Assembly: GCF_029232205.1 (NCBI RefSeq)
Contig: NZ_CP107255.1
Span: 930,001 to 962,000 of the forward strand
Length of the DNA stretch: 32,000 nt
From: Candidatus Saccharimonadota bacterium
GTDB taxonomy: Archaea; Nanohalarchaeota; Nanosalinia; Nanosalinales; Nanosalinaceae
Direction: 5' to 3'
Every line of letters starts with the position of its first letter. Positions within the stretch are counted from its first letter, which is position 1. Below are positions 29,779 through 32,000 of this stretch, one piece after another. The notes under the pieces are model-generated. The model searched no databases, was not told the DNA's origin, and saw only the letters and a list, made by a program, of their open reading frames with translations. The position numbers and the translations under genes were made by a program.

Positions 29779-30783
29779 ATGTCGAAGAGACTTCAGAGGA
29801 AAATAAATGCATTTGAATCGCTGCTCGAAGAAGATCAGAGAGATTCGTTCAACAGTTTGAAAGGAGAATTTAATTTTGTAGTAACTGAGAAAGAGCTAGT
29901 TTCTGCCCTTGAAGGACTTTCAAGGCCCGTGGTACGTATAGACAGATCATACGATATTGCAGATGAACTGGATATAGAACTGGGATCTGAAGGCCACGAA
30001 ATAATTGATACTTACGAAGAATCTTTGGACGAATTCTTTGACCCTGTAGAAGGATGGCTGGAAGAAGAGTTCGAAGACCATTCAGAGGACGAACTAGGAT
30101 GGAAGGCAGAAGGCATCTCTCAAATAGCTACTGAGGCAGAAGCGGTTGCAGACGAATATGAAAGAGAGATTGATTTGGCTCTTTCAAACCTTCCGGAGAA
30201 AGAAAGAGAAAGAATAGTTGAAAGACACGACTTTGAGTATGAAGACCCTAACACTCGCGACAACTGGGGCTATGGATTCCTGAACCTGGTTTACGACATA
30301 GGCTCTTTCGCAAGGACGAAGATAACAGGTAGAGACAGCCACAGATACGAAGACAGTTCAGGAAATGCTAAGGCTCTTCCACAGGATGAAGAGTTCTCCA
30401 GGAGAGCATTCATTGGAATGGGTAAAGAAGCATTAGCTGTAGGAGCTCTTGGAGCCCTGGGATATGCAGCTTCAGAGGAATGGGAAGAACATACTTCCGG
30501 TAACGGTGGAGGCGGAGGCCAGCAGCCACCACAGAATGGCAGAGTTACTCTTTCTGTAGGAGAGACATACAATCTATCGGAAGTTGAGCCATGTGCAGCA
30601 GACTACCAGATGGAGCAGACCAGAAACTTCCTGAATGATAGAGGCCTTTCTGAGGACGACGTGAGAGTTGAACTTACAAACAATGGAGAAATTGAGGTGC
30701 TGGGAGAGACTGGAAACGGCAATTATGACGAGACGTTGTACATTACAGATTCCGTCGCTCAGTGGACCTGCGACCTGGAATAA
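29779..30783 (+). CDS. acidic protein with an internal RR motif/TM segment and a G-rich linker, function unknown
   Basis: I set the start at the ATG at 29779 (MSKRLQRK...). It is preceded by a GGGGAG element and an A/T box (29731-29739). SRRAFIGMGKEALAVGALGALGYA sits at about aa 215, followed by GNGGGGGQQPPQNG and a ~90-aa C-terminal domain with 2 Cys. Confidence 0.72.
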   Translation: MSKRLQRKINAFESLLEEDQRDSFNSLKGEFNFVVTEKELVSALEGLSRPVVRIDRSYDIADELDIELGSEGHEIIDTYEESLDEFFDPVEGWLEEEFEDHSEDELGWKAEGISQIATEAEAVADEYEREIDLALSNLPEKERERIVERHDFEYEDPNTRDNWGYGFLNLVYDIGSFARTKITGRDSHRYEDSSGNAKALPQDEEFSRRAFIGMGKEALAVGALGALGYAASEEWEEHTSGNGGGGGQQPPQNGRVTLSVGETYNLSEVEPCAADYQMEQTRNFLNDRGLSEDDVRVELTNNGEIEVLGETGNGNYDETLYITDSVAQWTCDLE

Positions 30784-30867
30784 CGGACTTTATCCGAAAT
30801 TTTCTCGGCCCTGCCGTCAATTATAAAAGAGTTGTTATCACTATTGAGTAACAGGTGCGTTGTTTTC

Positions 30868-32000
30868 ATGAAAACAAGACTAAACAAAACACTGATATTC
30901 GCAATTTTTGCCCTGCTGGCAATTTCAACAGCAACAGCTACAGTTTCAAGAGTTGAAATCGATCCTCTGGCATCTTACTACGATCAAGGAACTTCTATTA
31001 CCGTTACAGGCGAGGTCTATGGTACAAGCATAGACAAAGTTACGCTGCAGAGAGAAACCAGCTATGGAGGGTCCACAACAGAAGGAACCGATAGCAACCT
31101 AGGATACTGTGACTCCGGATGTAAAGTAGAGATCCCATATACTTTTGAGGAGACCGGCAGTCAGACACTTTACCTGAGAGCTTTCTCTGGAGATCAGCAG
31201 ACAGACAAGGAAAGCTGGAACACGGAGAAAGTTACAGTAGTTCAGCCAGACGATGAAACCAAGAGCTTCGATCTGAGAAACGTTGGAGCATCAAAATACA
31301 GGCTTGATAGAGACCAGTCTACAACACTGAACGCAGAAGTTGAGAACACAGGAGATGTAGGTTCAAGCGTTCTTATGACCTGGTACGCTGAAAGAAACAA
31401 TAACGAAATAGAGCTGGCTAGCAAGTACAGATACATTTCGCCAGGAGACACAAAGTCTTTCGAGACCGACAGAATTTCATGGAACAATCTGGAAAGAAAA
31501 GGCCTGAACCAGGATAGAAACTACGACCTGATAGGCAAGATGAGAGTAGATAACACAGTAAAAGAGACAGAAACTGCTCCAAACAGTCTAAGAATTAATT
31601 CTGAAGATACAGAGGCCTCTCTAACGGTTAATGTTGAGGACACAGATGGAGATTCGCTGAGCTATTCGCAAGTCTCTGTAGATGGAACAGTCAAAAACAC
31701 AGGAAGAGATGGCAGCACCACATTCAGCCTTGAGAGCGGAGGCTACGAGGTTACCGCCAGCAAGAATAATTACATTAGCGAGGATAGAGGAATCTACCTG
31801 GCTCCTGGAGAGGACGAAACAATAACCATCCAGCTTGACAGAGAAAGAGAACAGGCCAGACTCACAGTACATACAGGAGAAATAAACAGAGACGGGCCTA
31901 CAGACGTAATAGTGCATGTTGACGGACAAAGCAGGAGTACAGGCGACGACGATAGAGTAACTTTCAGGCTTGATCCTGATACTTACACAGTCTCGGCTTC
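30868..32000 (+). CDS. secreted or surface protein with beta-sandwich-type repeats (partial, runs off the window); not in the supplied ORF track
   Basis: I translated it by hand with no stop through 32000. The signal peptide is MKTRLNKTLIFAIFALLAISTATA. Later segments such as SLTVNVEDTDGDSL..VSVDG..TGRDGSTTFSLESGGYEVTASKNNY and RLTVHTGE..VIVHVDGQSRSTGDDDRVTFRLDPDTYTVSA resemble PEGA/CarboxypepD_reg-like repeats. AGGTG sits 10 nt upstream. Confidence 0.78.
   Translation, partial: MKTRLNKTLIFAIFALLAISTATATVSRVEIDPLASYYDQGTSITVTGEVYGTSIDKVTLQRETSYGGSTTEGTDSNLGYCDSGCKVEIPYTFEETGSQTLYLRAFSGDQQTDKESWNTEKVTVVQPDDETKSFDLRNVGASKYRLDRDQSTTLNAEVENTGDVGSSVLMTWYAERNNNEIELASKYRYISPGDTKSFETDRISWNNLERKGLNQDRNYDLIGKMRVDNTVKETETAPNSLRINSEDTEASLTVNVEDTDGDSLSYSQVSVDGTVKNTGRDGSTTFSLESGGYEVTASKNNYISEDRGIYLAPGEDETITIQLDREREQARLTVHTGEINRDGPTDVIVHVDGQSRSTGDDDRVTFRLDPDTYTVSA

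Noticed and set aside
29779-30783. Calling the SRRAFIGMG segment a Tat signal peptide
   Set aside because: It lies about 215 residues from the N-terminus and no in-frame start codon sits shortly upstream of it. It is therefore treated as an internal anchor with an RR motif.
31242-31929. Two minus-strand ORFs (81 and 102 aa)
   Set aside because: Both are antisense shadows of the long plus-strand signal-peptide-bearing ORF that starts at 30868 and stays open to the window end.
1-32000. CRISPR arrays, rRNA genes, IS elements, toxin-antitoxin or known defence modules
   Set aside because: I saw no regularly spaced direct repeats and no rRNA-like conserved stretches. No transposase, nuclease, helicase or methyltransferase motifs are present apart from Trm5 and DphB.

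Overview
This is a densely packed archaeal chromosomal segment. Its largest non-coding gap is about 250 bp, and many gene junctions abut or overlap. Recognisable housekeeping genes are tRNA-Arg(GCG), aEF-1beta, FEN-1, cofactor-independent phosphoglycerate mutase, Alba, diphthine synthase and Trm5. Nearly every predicted protein is strongly acidic (D/E-rich), while the DNA is only moderately G+C-rich (low-to-mid 40s % by eye, not computed). That combination points to a salt-in halophile that is not a classical haloarchaeon. A nanohaloarchaeon (DPANN) is my best inference. The centre of the window (5.7-16.9 kb, minus strand) is a type IV filament locus. It encodes a FlaI/GspE-family ATPase and a FlaJ/TadC/PilC-like platform protein, followed by 11 consecutive genes with prepilin-like or hydrophobic N-termini and 2 more beyond alba. 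Two of these 13 are 45-aa ORFs absent from the supplied track. No prepilin peptidase and no archaellum-specific genes are present. Divergent from the ATPase lies a roughly 9-kb block (16.97-25.74 kb) with no recognisable enzymes. It holds acidic coiled-coil proteins, three proteins with Q/N/G-rich low-complexity domains, paralogous membrane proteins and a modular paralog set. This block is my best candidate for an undescribed system, possibly an envelope or contact apparatus working with the filament machine. Other points are four small ORFs missed by the track, internal protein repeats, compact bidirectional leaderless-type promoters, tail-to-tail stop-codon overlaps and a marked excess of AGGCC/GGCCT. 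I found no rRNA, CRISPR array, transposase, integrase or recognisable defence genes.
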